Notes: generated from the sequence alone by a model not told the origin. 64,000 bases of DNA from an uncultured Rhodobacteraceae bacterium (GCA_947496605.1 CANMDF010000004.1:334689-398688); one strand, 5' to 3'; shown: positions 41,325 through 54,304, counted from the first letter of the stretch. Numbers and translations: made by a program.

Positions 41325-41687
41325 CTAGTTTTGCGGTAGGATTGTCGCAATACCGTCTGCGGCCAATTTCGTCACAGGATCGGCCTGCATGACCCAGGCG
41401 CCAGCCTGCTCAAGCGCAGAGCCGCTCTGAAGCGTCGCAACACGCTCGACATAAGCAGTTTCACCCAAGTAAGCGAAAAGGAAACCCTTGAAGAGGAAGC
41501 CAAGAAACAGAACCGCAAGCAAACCCTTCAACGGGAAGCGCGGGCGGTACAGGCGCGGCTTAGCCACAATAAGGCCATCAGAGCTTACGCTTCGCACCAC
41601 ACCATTCGACATCTTGTCGTGGCGGCGCACAATTTTCTTCAATCGTTTGTCAAATGGGACGTTGGCTTGCACCTGAGCATCCTCCAA
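41325..41687 (-). CDS. Conserved hypothetical membrane protein
   Basis: 120 aa, one TM (LLAVLFLGFLFKGFLF), DGLIV.KP and GAWVMQADP motifs. Confidence 0.75.
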   Translation of the reverse strand: MEDAQVQANVPFDKRLKKIVRRHDKMSNGVVRSVSSDGLIVAKPRLYRPRFPLKGLLAVLFLGFLFKGFLFAYLGETAYVERVATLQSGSALEQAGAWVMQADPVTKLAADGIATILPQN

Positions 41688-41760
41688 ATAAGTCGCTACT
41701 AATAAATCTGGCTATATTCTTACACGTCAGAAGACGCCTTCCTCAACAAATATACGCAAT

Positions 41761-42645
41761 TTAGCCCGATTTGGACAGAGTTTTCCGTAAGATTAGCGTC
41801 GTCCAGTCAACAATAATGCGTTTTTCGACGAGATTGAACCCATTTTGATGATAAACCGCAATCACTTCATCAGCCTGTTCATTCAGTATCCCTGATAGAA
41901 TCGCATATCCATCTTCCGCAACATGCGCACCCATATCTGGCGCCAGTCCGATCAGTGGTGCTTTCAGAATATTGGCAAAGACCAGGTCATAGGGGGCGTT
42001 TTTCGTGAGTTCAGGCGCACCAAAACCCGCCGCAACTACACAATTCACCCGATCTATCAGATCATTGCTGACAACATTGGCTTGGGCGACTTCCACCGCG
42101 ACAGGGTCAATGTCGCTGGCTAATATCTGATGCGGCAAGACCTTGGCTGCTGCCATTGCCAAGACTGCTGTACCACACCCAATATCCAGAATGCGCGATC
42201 CATCAAAGCCATCAGCCAGCAAAGTATCAAAGGCTTCAAGACAGCCTTTCGTCGTGCCGTGATGGCCCGTTCCGAACGCCATCGCAGCATCAATCAGCAA
42301 CGCAACTTTGTCTTCAGGCACCTTGTCGGCGTCATGGGTGCCGTAGACAAAGAAGCGACCCGCAACAACCGGTGCCAAGTCACGCTGTACTTTGGACACC
42401 CAGTCTTGTTCGGGGATTTCTGAGATATTGAACGGCTTGGCGTGATGCAAAGCCGACAAAACAGCCAAGGCACCGGCGTCCGGTTTTTCCGTGAAATAGG
42501 TTGCGACTTCCCAAAGCCCCGAGCCATCTTCGATCTCAAACACACCAACCCCTGTCGGTTCTGGTGCGATCTCTTCCAAAGCATCAGCAAGCGCATATGC
42601 GGCATCTTCGCCCATCAGTGTCGTCAAAGCCGAGTAGGTAATCAT
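41761..42645 (-). CDS. prmA: Ribosomal protein L11 methyltransferase
   Basis: AMAFGTGHHGTT, LDIGCGTAVLAMAA, ANIL. Confidence 0.93.
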   Translation of the reverse strand: MITYSALTTLMGEDAAYALADALEEIAPEPTGVGVFEIEDGSGLWEVATYFTEKPDAGALAVLSALHHAKPFNISEIPEQDWVSKVQRDLAPVVAGRFFVYGTHDADKVPEDKVALLIDAAMAFGTGHHGTTKGCLEAFDTLLADGFDGSRILDIGCGTAVLAMAAAKVLPHQILASDIDPVAVEVAQANVVSNDLIDRVNCVVAAGFGAPELTKNAPYDLVFANILKAPLIGLAPDMGAHVAEDGYAILSGILNEQADEVIAVYHQNGFNLVEKRIIVDWTTLILRKTLSKSG

Positions 42646-42675
42646 TCAAGCGCCCTTTAACTGGTTGGTCTTCGG

Positions 42676-43437
42676 TTAGGGCGTGGTCGGTGCTGCGTCA
42701 AGCAGGTCTGGGTCATTCAGGATGATCTGAGCCACTTCATCCGCCCAAACCGCATAAACGGTTGGCCCCGGATGAAATCCGTCTTCAGACATATTGGACT
42801 GGTCCAAATCCAGACTAAACTGCACGGCAACACAGCCCGGCATAGCTTCTGCCATCTGGCGAAGATACCTATCAAACCGCGACGCTTGCCGTCCTAGCAC
42901 CCAACGCAACGGCTGAGGTAACAGCGGAAACTGACCCACAGGCGGCAAGCCCGAGATCACAACCCGCCGTGCCCCAAACTTGGTCATCAAGCAATCGAAC
43001 AACTCGCGTTGCTGCCCCAACCACTTACGCAGGGAAACACCCTTGGTTACGTCATTCACACCAAGCGCTGTTACCGCAACATCATAGTGTGTTTCAGGCA
43101 GATCATCGAGCCACCGCAGCACATCTCCGGTGCGTGCGCCTGTTTCAGCGACTAGGTCATACTCGACTGTAAATTGGTCCGCCAACCGATCGATCAGCTG
43201 CCCCAATAAGGCCTCGTCTTGGGTTCTCACCCCGACACCCGCGGCAGAACTATCGCCGATGATCAACAGTCTCAGGGCGGGGCCGTGTCCGGCCACACCC
43301 TTTCGCGCACCTGGCGGCTCTGGCAGCTCGACATATCTTGTCCGTGCCAAAACCCCCTGCCCTAGCAAGACCGGCATCAACAGGATGCGAACAGCGATAT
43401 TCAGATAGTCGCGCGTAGGTCTAGACCCCAACACCAA
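42676..43437 (-). CDS. SGNH/GDSL hydrolase
   Basis: [20 protein letters not shown]. Start uncertain. Confidence 0.88.
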   Translation of the reverse strand: MVLGSRPTRDYLNIAVRILLMPVLLGQGVLARTRYVELPEPPGARKGVAGHGPALRLLIIGDSSAAGVGVRTQDEALLGQLIDRLADQFTVEYDLVAETGARTGDVLRWLDDLPETHYDVAVTALGVNDVTKGVSLRKWLGQQRELFDCLMTKFGARRVVISGLPPVGQFPLLPQPLRWVLGRQASRFDRYLRQMAEAMPGCVAVQFSLDLDQSNMSEDGFHPGPTVYAVWADEVAQIILNDPDLLDAAPTTP

Positions 43438-44071
43438 TCGGGCAGGTCACACCTGTCCCACCAATACCGCAATAGCCATTGGGGTTCTTGGCCAAGTATT
43501 GCTGATGATAGTCTTCTGCAAAATAGAACGTCGGCGCCTCAATGATCTCTGTTGTAATCGCACCATAACCCGCTTGCGAAAGACGCGGTGCGAAAGCCAC
43601 CTTTGCGGCTTCGGCCGCTGCCTGCTGCGCTGGCGAATAGGTGTAGATGCCCGAACGATACTGTGTGCCTGCATCATTGCCTTGCCGCATGCCTTGGGTT
43701 GGATCATGCCCTTCCCAGAACACTTGCAACAGCTGATCGTATGAGATCACGGAGGGATCAAAGATCACGCGCACCACTTCGTTATGGCCGGTTTTGCCTG
43801 AGCAAACCTCTTCATAGGTCGCATTCGGCGTATAGCCCCCGGCATAGCCAACCATCGTGGATTGAACGCCATCCAGCTTCCAAAACATCCGCTCAACACC
43901 CCAGAAGCACCCCATGCCGAACATGGCCTCCTCCATACCCTCGGGCACATCACCGGTCAGCGGATTGTCGAAAACAAAGTGCGTGCTTGCCGTCGGGATC
44001 GCAGTCGGGCGACCCGGCAAAGCTGCATCAGCGCTGACCATTTCAGACTTTGTGCGGGACATGAAAAACAT
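43421..44071 (-). CDS. msrA: Peptide-methionine (S)-S-oxide reductase
   Basis: [26 protein letters not shown]. Confidence 0.97.
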   Translation of the reverse strand: MFFMSRTKSEMVSADAALPGRPTAIPTASTHFVFDNPLTGDVPEGMEEAMFGMGCFWGVERMFWKLDGVQSTMVGYAGGYTPNATYEEVCSGKTGHNEVVRVIFDPSVISYDQLLQVFWEGHDPTQGMRQGNDAGTQYRSGIYTYSPAQQAAAEAAKVAFAPRLSQAGYGAITTEIIEAPTFYFAEDYHQQYLAKNPNGYCGIGGTGVTCPIGVGV

Positions 44072-44123
44072 AATTGGCCTCCTATCAAGCTCTACCCTGA
44101 TATAGCGCAGCCAAGCCGATTTA

Positions 44124-45353
44124 CTACTCTGCAGCAGCCAACAATCGCCCTTGGAACACGGTCTCGTGACCGGGGGCGGGGTGGCGCGGGATCAAGAGCG
44201 ATAGCAGAAGCGAGATAATCGCCATACCAGCCGCCATCAAAAACACCAGACCGGGTGATTGCAGCCAGACATAGCCCAAAAGTGCGGGCAAGAAGACAGC
44301 AGCAATATGATTGATCGTAAAAGCAACTGCCGCCGTGGGTGCGATGTCTTGCGGATCAGCGATCTTTTGAAAGTAAGTTTTGATCGCTAGCGCAAGGCTA
44401 AAGAACAAATGGTTCACAACATATAGGAAGACTGCCAAAATCACGCCCCACCCGAAATAATAGATGCCACCATAGGCAAAAAAGACGAGGCATAGGCCCG
44501 CATACTCAAAAATCAGGGCACGGCGTTCGCCAAATACCTGGACCAGCTTACCCAAGAACGGGGCAACCAACATATTGATTAGCAACGTAATCATGAAGAG
44601 CTTGGTGATATCGTCGACTGCAAAATCAAACTGCTCGACCATCATAAAGCCTGCGAACACGACGAAAATTTGCCGCCGTGCACCTGACATGAATTGCAGG
44701 GCATAATACAGCCAATACCGTTTGCGCAGGATCATCTTTTTGATCTGCGGATGAGGTGCTTCGAACTGTGGATAGGCAAGCAGACAGATCGTCGCGACAA
44801 CGGCGGTAAACCCGCCCGAAAGCCAATAAACAATGCTGTATGTCAGCCCAAAACGGTCCCAACTTGCGACGATCAACAGATAAACAACAAGGGTCGCAGC
44901 CGATCCAGCCGACAAAATCCACCCTAATGTCTGCGGCGCTTTCTTTTTGTCGATCCACTGCAACTGAAGCGATTGATTGACGGTTTCATAGTAATGAAAG
45001 CCTATCGAAGACAGCATCGTAACCGCTAGAATGCCGCCCATTTGCGGGAACTGCGCAGTGACGGCCGTTGCAGCCCCCAACATGATCAATGACACTAACC
45101 CCAGGACCTGTTCGCGAATGAACATAATCAGGGCAATGACCCCAATCGCAAAGAACCCCGGAATTTCGCGCACGGTGTGCAGCCAACCAATGTCGGACCC
45201 ATCAAAACCGGCAATCTCAATAACAAAATTGTTCAACAGCGCCGACCACGTCGCAAAAGCAATCGGCATCGCCATCGCCATCACAAACAGTAACGACGTC
45301 GGCCTGCGCCAAAGCGGCAGGGTATGGGCATCTTGAAGGCGAACGATATTCAT
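44124..45353 (-). CDS. MFS transporter
   Basis: About 12 hydrophobic segments; [11 protein letters not shown] loop motif. Confidence 0.85.
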   Translation of the reverse strand: MNIVRLQDAHTLPLWRRPTSLLFVMAMAMPIAFATWSALLNNFVIEIAGFDGSDIGWLHTVREIPGFFAIGVIALIMFIREQVLGLVSLIMLGAATAVTAQFPQMGGILAVTMLSSIGFHYYETVNQSLQLQWIDKKKAPQTLGWILSAGSAATLVVYLLIVASWDRFGLTYSIVYWLSGGFTAVVATICLLAYPQFEAPHPQIKKMILRKRYWLYYALQFMSGARRQIFVVFAGFMMVEQFDFAVDDITKLFMITLLINMLVAPFLGKLVQVFGERRALIFEYAGLCLVFFAYGGIYYFGWGVILAVFLYVVNHLFFSLALAIKTYFQKIADPQDIAPTAAVAFTINHIAAVFLPALLGYVWLQSPGLVFLMAAGMAIISLLLSLLIPRHPAPGHETVFQGRLLAAAE

Positions 45354-45431
45354 GAGTTAGGCTTACGCCTGTTTGTTTGTAATGGCGAGAGGGCAGATGA
45401 TCGGTGCCGATCACGCGCAACGACAGTATTC

Positions 45432-45445
45432 TTGATCCACATCAA
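45432..45445. promoter_or_regulatory. FNR/FnrL box upstream of ccoG
   Basis: TTGAT-ccac-ATCAA, an exact consensus match, 65 nt before the ccoG ATG. Confidence 0.9.
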
Positions 45446-45510
45446 AGATATTTCTATCGAACCAACTAAAACCGATCCTGCGAACAGAACTCTAGCCTTG
45501 CAGGTCATCC

Positions 45511-46926
45511 ATGTCCTCATCCGAAAACCAACCGCTCTATGCACCGCGCGAGCCTATTTTTCCGCGCCGTGTGAAAGGGTTCTACCGGAACCTGAAATGG
45601 TGGGTGATGGCGGTCACTTTGGGCATTTACTATCTGACCCCGTGGATCCGCTGGGACCGTGGCCCTAACCTGCCTGACCAAGCCGTTCTGATCGACATGG
45701 CCCACCGCCGATTCTATTTCTTCTGGATCGAGATTTGGCCGCATGAGTTCTACTTTGTCGCAGGTCTGCTGATCATGGCGGGCCTCGGCCTGTTTCTGTT
45801 CACGTCGGCCCTTGGCCGGGTGTGGTGTGGCTATACCTGCCCACAGACTGTCTGGACCGATCTGTTCATCCTTGTCGAGCGCTGGATTGAGGGTGACCGC
45901 AACGCCCGCGTGCGCTTGTGGAACGCGGATTGGTCGTTTCGCAAAACACGGTTGCGTCTGACAAAATGGATAGTTTGGTTGCTGATCTCGGTTGCGACAG
46001 GTGGCGCGTGGGTGTTCTATTTTGCTGACGCCCCAACCCTGGCAGTAAGTCTTGCGACACTGACGGCGCCGCCCGTTGCTTGGGCGACGATTGCTGTGCT
46101 GACCGCGACGACTTTCGTTTTCGGTGGCTTCATGCGCGAACAGGTCTGCAATTACATGTGCCCATGGCCACGCATTCAGGCCACAATGATGGATCCTGAA
46201 ACACTCACTGTAGCCTACCGCGATTGGCGCGGTGAACCGCGCGGCAAGAAACGCATTGAGGGCGCGGGCGACTGCATTGATTGCATGGCATGCGTGAATG
46301 TCTGCCCCGCCGGCATCGACATCCGTGACGGGCAACAGATGGAGTGTATCACCTGCGCCCTTTGTATTGATGCCTGCGACGATGTGATGGACAAGATCGG
46401 CAAGCCGCGCGGCCTGATTGACTATCTGGCTTTGTCTGACCAAGAAGAAGAGGCGCAGGGCAAGCCCGCCAAACGGCTTTGGCAGCATGTCTTCCGCTTC
46501 CGCACGATCCTTTACACTGTGCTATGGGCTGCCATCGGCTTTGGCCTTGTGTTCGCATTGTTCATCCGCGCTGATATCGAGATGACCGTGGCTGCGATCC
46601 GCAACCCGACATTCGTCACCCTGTCTGACGGCACAGTCCGCAATATCTATGACATTCGTCTGCTGAACAAACATGGCGAAGACCGCGAATTCCACCTGTC
46701 GCTAACCTCTGACGAAATTCTGCGTATCGATCTTGAGGGCACCGCCCAGCGCAGCATTGTCGTGCCAGCCAATGAAACATTCCTGCAGCGTGTTTACGTC
46801 TCAGCTCGCCCCATTGACCCTGCATCCAGCACCGACCGTGTTGATCTGCGGTTCTGGGTCGAAGATCTGATTTCGGGCGAACGCGCCCACAAAGATGCAA
46901 TTTACAACGGGAGAGCCGCACAATGA
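45511..46926 (+). CDS. ccoG: cbb3 oxidase accessory 4Fe-4S protein CcoG/FixG/RdxB
   Basis: WCGYTCPQ, CNYMCPW, CIDCMACVNVCP, CITCALCIDAC. Confidence 0.95.
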   Translation: MSSSENQPLYAPREPIFPRRVKGFYRNLKWWVMAVTLGIYYLTPWIRWDRGPNLPDQAVLIDMAHRRFYFFWIEIWPHEFYFVAGLLIMAGLGLFLFTSALGRVWCGYTCPQTVWTDLFILVERWIEGDRNARVRLWNADWSFRKTRLRLTKWIVWLLISVATGGAWVFYFADAPTLAVSLATLTAPPVAWATIAVLTATTFVFGGFMREQVCNYMCPWPRIQATMMDPETLTVAYRDWRGEPRGKKRIEGAGDCIDCMACVNVCPAGIDIRDGQQMECITCALCIDACDDVMDKIGKPRGLIDYLALSDQEEEAQGKPAKRLWQHVFRFRTILYTVLWAAIGFGLVFALFIRADIEMTVAAIRNPTFVTLSDGTVRNIYDIRLLNKHGEDREFHLSLTSDEILRIDLEGTAQRSIVVPANETFLQRVYVSARPIDPASSTDRVDLRFWVEDLISGERAHKDAIYNGRAAQ

Positions 46927-47375
46927 CACGCGAATTCACAGGATGGCACATGTTGGGTCTAATGGTCGGTGGTTTTGGCATTATCATCGCCGTCAATCTG
47001 ACATTGGCATGGAACGCCGTTGCGACCTTCCCTGGCCTTGAAACGCGCAATTCCTATGTCGTCAGCCAAAAGTTCGAAGCTGACCGCGCTGCCCAAAACG
47101 CCTTGCGCTGGGATGCGAGCGCCACAATCGAAGGCGGCATTCTGACTGTTGCGATCTTGGACGCCGAGGGCACACCGGTTGAGACTGAAGTCGTCCGCGC
47201 CACATTGGGCCGCGCTACCCACACAGGCCAAGACAGTGTCCCTGCCCTGACTTGGAACGGCCAAGCACTGACTGCCCCAGTCGAAGCGCTTGACGGTTAC
47301 TGGAACCTTCGCCTTGAGCTTATCGCGCCAGATGGCACGAACTTCCGTCGTCGCTTTCCCATCACTGCAAAATGA
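46923..47375 (+). CDS. ccoH: FixH/CcoH
   Basis: FGIIIAVN...TFPGLETRNSYVVSQKF; overlaps the ccoG stop. Confidence 0.9.
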   Translation: MTREFTGWHMLGLMVGGFGIIIAVNLTLAWNAVATFPGLETRNSYVVSQKFEADRAAQNALRWDASATIEGGILTVAILDAEGTPVETEVVRATLGRATHTGQDSVPALTWNGQALTAPVEALDGYWNLRLELIAPDGTNFRRRFPITAK

Positions 47376-49519
47376 GCGACGCCGCGTTCTGTCCGGCCTG
47401 CGTAGGCCTGCCTGAAGGGCAGCTTGAAAAAGCGGCCTCAAACGGCACGGATCAGATCATCCTATCTTTGCCGGGAATCCACTGTGTCGCCTGCATCAAC
47501 GGGGTTGAGCGTGCTTTGCGCGCGATGGATGGCGTGGCCAACGCGCGCGTTAATCTGAGCATGAAGCGGGTGACCATTGGGACCAATCAACCGATTTCAC
47601 CCGAAGCATTGATCGATACGCTTGAATTGGCAGGGTTTGAAGCACGCGTTCTGGACACAAGCCTGCTTGGTGCTGAAACGGATACATATGGACGTGGACT
47701 GATGACCCGTCTGGCGGTGTCGGGTTTTGCCAATATGAACATTATGCTCTTGTCGGTCGCCGTTTGGTCTGGTGCCATCGGTGCGACAATGCAGATGTTC
47801 CACTGGATCACCGCCATCATCGCGATCCCCGCTTTGCTTTATGCAGCGACACCTTTCTTTGACAGCGGTTGGCGTTCGCTACGCGTTGGCCGTTTGAACA
47901 TGGACGTGCCAATCTCGCTCGCTATCCTCTTGGCCTCTGGCATCTCGCTTTATGAGACACTCGTGGGTGGGCATCACTCTTACTTTGATGCGGCCGTTAC
48001 ACTGACGTTCTTTCTGCTCATCGGCCGCTACCTTGATCATCGCAGCCGCAAAGCTGCTGCTTCTGCCGCGGCACAGCTTTCAGCCCTAGAGGTGCCACGT
48101 GTGATGCGCGTGCGTGACGGGGTCCGCCAAATGGTTGATTTTGCGGAGCTTGCTATCGGTGATTTGCTGCAAGTCCTCCCCGGTGGACGTATTCCTGTGG
48201 ACGGTACAATCACTGACGGGACAAGCCAGATTGACCGATCCCTTTTGACAGGCGAAAGCCGGATGTGTGATGCAAGCATTGGCGCGACCGTGACCGCAGG
48301 TGAGGTCAACATGACCGGCCCGCTGACAATCCGTGCCGCGACCGTTGGCGCTGATACGACTCTGCGCAAAATGGTCACAATGGTGGATGAGGCCGAGGCC
48401 ACGCGAAATCGTTATACGGCGGTCGCGGACAAGGCGGCGGCACTTTATGCACCCGTTGTTCACTTGCTGGCAGTTGCGGCGTTTGCAGGCTGGATGATCT
48501 ATTCTGGCGATGTGCGATTGTCGCTGAACATCGCTGTCGCGGTTTTGATCATTACCTGCCCATGTGCGATGGGACTGGCTGTTCCTGCCGTTTCCACGAC
48601 AGCGGCGGGGCGCTTGTTTCGTGCAGGTTTGTTGGTGAAAGACGGCACCGCGCTTGAACGGTTGGCCGAAGTGGATACGGTCGTTTTTGACAAGACCGGT
48701 ACGCTGACAATGCCAGCAGCAGCCCGCGATACGTTAGACGCTGAAACACAAAGCATTGCTTTGGCCATGACGCAGGCCGCAACCCACCCTGTCTCGCAGG
48801 CGATTACTGCATCGTTGGTGGGCGTTGTGCCTGCTGTCCTGACTGCGCAACAAGAACACGCAGGTCTTGGGTTGAGTGCACAGCATCAAGGCAAAACTGT
48901 CCGGCTTGGGTCGGGGGCATGGCTGGGACAAGGTCATGGCACCTATATCCAAGTTGGTGACAAGCGACCCCAAAAGATCGCGCTCCGCTCTGAACTGCGT
49001 GACGGTGCGGTTGCTCTGGTGCAAGGATGGCAGGCCGCTGGACTTGATGTGCATTTGGTGTCCGGTGATGACGCAGATGAGACTGCAAAGATTGCAACGA
49101 TGCTTGGGGTCACATCTTGGCGGGCGGACACCAGACCCGCCGATAAGATCACGTATATCGAAGAGCTTTCGGCGCGGGGCGCCAAGGTGCTGATGGTCGG
49201 GGACGGTTTGAACGATACAGGCGCTTTGGCGGCGGCTTATGCGTCCGTGTCCCCTGCGACGGCTGCCGATGCGTCGCGGGCGGCCTCGGACATTGTACTG
49301 CTCAACGACAGCTTAAAGCCACTGATCGAATTACCCTTGGTAGCGCGTGCCGCACTGCGCCGCATCAAAGAAAACTTTACGATTTCGACAGTCTATAACG
49401 TGATTGCAGTGCCGGTGGCTTTGGCCGGGTTTGCAACGCCATTGATTGCATCCATCGCGATGTCGGCGTCTTCTATTACGGTGTTGTTGAACGCACTGCG
49501 GCTGAAAGGCAAAGTATGA
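47372..49519 (+). CDS. ccoI: Cu P1B-type ATPase FixI/CcoI
   Basis: CPAC, HCVAC, TGES, CPC, DKTGTLT, GDGLND. Confidence 0.95.
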   Translation: MSDAAFCPACVGLPEGQLEKAASNGTDQIILSLPGIHCVACINGVERALRAMDGVANARVNLSMKRVTIGTNQPISPEALIDTLELAGFEARVLDTSLLGAETDTYGRGLMTRLAVSGFANMNIMLLSVAVWSGAIGATMQMFHWITAIIAIPALLYAATPFFDSGWRSLRVGRLNMDVPISLAILLASGISLYETLVGGHHSYFDAAVTLTFFLLIGRYLDHRSRKAAASAAAQLSALEVPRVMRVRDGVRQMVDFAELAIGDLLQVLPGGRIPVDGTITDGTSQIDRSLLTGESRMCDASIGATVTAGEVNMTGPLTIRAATVGADTTLRKMVTMVDEAEATRNRYTAVADKAAALYAPVVHLLAVAAFAGWMIYSGDVRLSLNIAVAVLIITCPCAMGLAVPAVSTTAAGRLFRAGLLVKDGTALERLAEVDTVVFDKTGTLTMPAAARDTLDAETQSIALAMTQAATHPVSQAITASLVGVVPAVLTAQQEHAGLGLSAQHQGKTVRLGSGAWLGQGHGTYIQVGDKRPQKIALRSELRDGAVALVQGWQAAGLDVHLVSGDDADETAKIATMLGVTSWRADTRPADKITYIEELSARGAKVLMVGDGLNDTGALAAAYASVSPATAADASRAASDIVLLNDSLKPLIELPLVARAALRRIKENFTISTVYNVIAVPVALAGFATPLIASIAMSASSITVLLNALRLKGKV

Positions 49520-49677
49520 ACATCCTCGTCGTCCTTATTCCGGTTTCACTGGTCTTGGGTGGCCTCGGGCTTGCTGCATTCTTGTGGAGCCTACGCAACG
49601 ATCAATACGATGACCTCGAGGGAGACGCGTGGCGAATTCTGTCCGAAGATGACGACGCGCCACGGGCACCCAAATAA
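49516..49677 (+). CDS. ccoS: cbb3 maturation protein CcoS/FixS (missing from the ORF track)
   Basis: Manual translation MNILVVLIPVSLVLGGLGLAAFLWSLRNDQYDDLEGDAWRILSEDDDAPRAPK*; overlaps the ccoI stop. Confidence 0.93.
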   Translation: MNILVVLIPVSLVLGGLGLAAFLWSLRNDQYDDLEGDAWRILSEDDDAPRAPK

Positions 49678-49773
49678 CGCTGCACCGCAGCAATTTACCT
49701 TACTTGCAAGAACTCTGAAATTTGTCACCAAGCACTGTTGACTCACCCAGTTGTGATCCTTACCTACGCTGCG

Positions 49774-49800
49774 TTATCACTCGACACGGTTGAGTGCTAA
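49774..49800. promoter_or_regulatory. CIRCE element (HrcA operator)
   Basis: TTATCACTC-N9-GAGTGCTAA (1 mismatch). An RpoH-like TTG-N17-CCTTAC lies just upstream (49738-49763). Confidence 0.88.
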
Positions 49801-49833
49801 CATGGGAGAAACACGAACTGGAGAAGTTCTGAA

Positions 49834-50118
49834 ATGGCATTTACACCACTTCACGACCGTGTACTGGTCCGTCGCATTGAAAGCGACGAAAAGACAGCAG
49901 GCGGTCTCATCATTCCTGAGAACGCAAAAGAGAAGCCAGCAGAAGGCGAAATCGTCAGCGTTGGTGAAGGTGCACGCAAAGACAGCGGAGAGCTGATTGC
50001 GATGACCGTCAAAGCAGGCGACAAAGTCTTGTTTGGCAAATGGTCTGGCACAGAGGTCAAGATCGACGGTGAAGACCTGTTGATCATGAAAGAAAGCGAC
50101 ATCCTCGGCACACTGTAA
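49834..50118 (+). CDS. groES: Co-chaperonin GroES
   Basis: [26 protein letters not shown]. Confidence 0.98.
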   Translation: MAFTPLHDRVLVRRIESDEKTAGGLIIPENAKEKPAEGEIVSVGEGARKDSGELIAMTVKAGDKVLFGKWSGTEVKIDGEDLLIMKESDILGTL

Positions 50119-50149
50119 GCTGACGCTATCGCCCTCACATATTATCTAA

Positions 50150-51811
<1,662 letters not shown>

Positions 51812-51818
51812 ATTGCTT

Positions 51819-51891
51819 TCTGCCTTCGGGCAGAGACGACATACATCGCGGATAAGTGGGGCGGTTCCGAAAGGGGCCGCCCTTCTCTTTT
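51819..51891 (+). terminator. groEL 3' hairpin plus terminator
   Basis: TCTGCC-ttcg-GGCAGA, then GGGGCGGTTCC-gaaa-GGGGCCGCCCT followed by a T-rich tail. Confidence 0.85.
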
Positions 51892-51916
51892 GTGCGTCAA
51901 AGAAAGTGCCTAGACT

Positions 51917-52432
51917 CTAGCTACTTCGCCTAACGAAAAGATTTCCAGCATTTGCATGTTCCGTGCACCAATCGCTTTCATGCGCCGCGATCACATCACG
52001 AAAGCCCGAAATGTTCGATTTTTCATCCGAGATCAGAACCCAGCCTTTAACATCCACGTGATCAAGCAGCACCTTCAAGACGGCGCATTGATCGGCCTGC
52101 GAAAGCATATGCAAAGTGCGGTCAATAACAACGACATCAAACACCCCGTCGGGGTGAAACGTCACGAGATCAGCGACGATCCCTTCAATTGCCAGTCCCT
52201 CTCTTTCCGCAACGGTCTGCATGTCACGAATACCATTAGGGGACAAATCAACACCCACAACGCGATGTCCGCGACGCGCGACAAACAACGCATCCCTGCC
52301 TTGGCCGCAGCCGACATCCAAGACGCGGGCGTTTTGTTGATCAAATGCATCAAAAAACGTTGTAAATAGCGTCGCTGGGCCGCCTAAGGCGTTGGGAGTA
52401 TCACCATAAAGTTTGTCATAATCATAGGCCAT
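51917..52432 (-). CDS. Class I SAM-dependent methyltransferase
   Basis: VLDVGCGQGRDA, VVGVDLS. Confidence 0.85.
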   Translation of the reverse strand: MAYDYDKLYGDTPNALGGPATLFTTFFDAFDQQNARVLDVGCGQGRDALFVARRGHRVVGVDLSPNGIRDMQTVAEREGLAIEGIVADLVTFHPDGVFDVVVIDRTLHMLSQADQCAVLKVLLDHVDVKGWVLISDEKSNISGFRDVIAAHESDWCTEHANAGNLFVRRSS

Positions 52433-52619
52433 GCTTTTAGCGTTAGTAGATTGCGAGCCATTTGCCCAAGTAAAATTTCACGCCGAAGATGACCTGCGAT
52501 CACGTTTGAAAGATGAGCGCGCTTTTTCTTTTCATTCGGCAACATCCGGTATCATATCGCCCGAACAATACGCGTGAGGCGACTATGAGAAATACCGGAG
52601 CAATTGGACTGGGCGACGC

Positions 52620-53456
52620 ATGAAGCTCTTCGCGCTTGTTGCATTGATCATGTGTGCTTTCGCTGCCAACTCGGTATTGAACCGTATTGGCGTAGCGCTT
52701 CAGGGCATGGACCCGATGGACTTTGCCACGGTACGGACAGGCGCGGGGGCTGCGATGCTGTGGCTCTTGGTGATCATACGTCAGGCACCGAGGCCACCGC
52801 TATTTTCTGCAAAGCGGTATGCAGGGGCTATTGCATTAGCCGTCTATATGATCGGTTTCTCGTGGGCCTATATCACGCTTGATGCAGGGCTTGGGGCACT
52901 GATCCTATTTGGTGTCTTGCAGATCGTTGTGTTCGGGTGGGCCGTGTTTGAAGGTGGCGATATTCCACTTTTGCGATGGATCGGAGCAGGTATCGCACTG
53001 ACAGGACTTTGCGTTTTGCTTTGGCCAAGTGGCACGACACCTGTCCCTATCGGCGGAGCTATTGCAATGACGATCGCCGGTGCAGCATGGGCCGTTTATA
53101 CGCTTTTGGGTCGGGCTGAAGCCGATCCTCTTGGGGCGACAGCGAGCAACTTTCTACTGTGCCTGCCGCTTGTCGCTTTGGCGATGCTGGCTGCGGGGAT
53201 AGGAGAGATGCCAATTGCTGGGATCATCACCGCAATCATTGCTGGTGCAGTTACGTCAGGACTTGGATATGCGCTTTGGTATCGTGCCTTGCCTGCATTA
53301 CCAACAACAGTTGCAGGCATCGCCCAGTTAAGTGTGCCGGTGATTGCGGTCGGTGCTGGCGTGCTGTTTCTGAACGAGCCTTTGACAACGCGGCTGGTTT
53401 TGGCTGGCGGCCTTGTGTTGGGCGGCATAGCGGTTTCGTTGGCCGCGCGACGTTAG
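52620..53456 (+). CDS. DMT/EamA family transporter
   Basis: About 10 TMs in two EamA-like repeats; SGLGYALWY, QLSVPVIA. Confidence 0.88.
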   Translation: MKLFALVALIMCAFAANSVLNRIGVALQGMDPMDFATVRTGAGAAMLWLLVIIRQAPRPPLFSAKRYAGAIALAVYMIGFSWAYITLDAGLGALILFGVLQIVVFGWAVFEGGDIPLLRWIGAGIALTGLCVLLWPSGTTPVPIGGAIAMTIAGAAWAVYTLLGRAEADPLGATASNFLLCLPLVALAMLAAGIGEMPIAGIITAIIAGAVTSGLGYALWYRALPALPTTVAGIAQLSVPVIAVGAGVLFLNEPLTTRLVLAGGLVLGGIAVSLAARR

Positions 53457-53510
53457 GTTTCTTCTGGGTCAGGGGTTTTGAAAACAGCAGGCAATGCTAC
53501 ATCTAGGAGT

Positions 53511-54236
53511 ATGAAACTGTTATGGGCATCCATTTTTGGCATTTTCGCCTCTGGCGCTGCGATGGCGCAAGAGTGCGTCGTCATGCTACACGGCCTTGCA
53601 CGCACTGAGATTTCATTCACGCCATTGCAGCTGGTCTTAGAAGACGAAGGGTATCACGTTATCAACCGTGGCTACCCTTCGACCACCGCGAATATCCAAA
53701 CCTTGGTTGACGAGCATCTTGCCGAAGACGTCGCAGCCTGTGGCGACAGACGTGTAAATTTCGTGACCCACTCAATGGGCGGCATACTTGTGCGTGCCTG
53801 GCTGACAAACAACCGCCCTGAGTTAATGGGCCGCGTTGTGATGTTGGGGCCACCCAATGGGGGCTCTGAATTGGTTGATATCTTCGGTGAATTCGAACCC
53901 TTTCAATGGGTCAACGGCCCTGCAGGGCTTCAACTGGGCACTGAGGATGACAGTCTTCCCAATCGGCTTGACAATTTGCCATATGAAATCGGAATTATTG
54001 CGGGCGACCGGACACTCAATCCGGTCTATTCCGCATTGATTGATGGGCCTGACGACGGCAAGGTCTCGGTCGCGTCGACCCGAATGGAAGGCATGCAGGA
54101 CCATCTTGTTTTGCCGGTAACCCATACCTTCATGATGAATAACCCCCTGGTCATCGAAGAAGTTTTGGCGTTCTTGGATGAAGGTATCTTTGATCGCAGT
54201 TTGAGCCTGACCGGGATCATTTTTGGCACAGACTGA
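53511..54236 (+). CDS. Secreted alpha/beta hydrolase
   Basis: Signal peptide, LHGLAR, THSMGG, GPPNGGS, DDGKVS, HTF. Confidence 0.85.
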   Translation: MKLLWASIFGIFASGAAMAQECVVMLHGLARTEISFTPLQLVLEDEGYHVINRGYPSTTANIQTLVDEHLAEDVAACGDRRVNFVTHSMGGILVRAWLTNNRPELMGRVVMLGPPNGGSELVDIFGEFEPFQWVNGPAGLQLGTEDDSLPNRLDNLPYEIGIIAGDRTLNPVYSALIDGPDDGKVSVASTRMEGMQDHLVLPVTHTFMMNNPLVIEEVLAFLDEGIFDRSLSLTGIIFGTD

Positions 54237-54260
54237 TCCAATTCTTTACAAGAATTGAAG

Positions 54261-54295
54261 GCCTCCGGCGGAGGTACTTGGGAACATGAGAAGAT
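54261..54295. repeat. REP-like dispersed repeat, copy 2
   Basis: GCCTCCGGCGGAGGTACTTGGGAACATGAGAAGAT, between convergent genes; preceded by a CAATTCT-ttaca-AGAATTG hairpin. Confidence 0.85.
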
Positions 54296-54304
54296 CAGAT
54301 TGTC

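Noticed and set aside
45517-46488. 323-aa minus-strand ORF
   Set aside because: Exact antisense shadow of ccoG with no recognisable motifs. The same applies to long shadows over tolA (35295-36197), groEL (50135-50836, 50882-51685), fhs (27479-28213) and ftsH.
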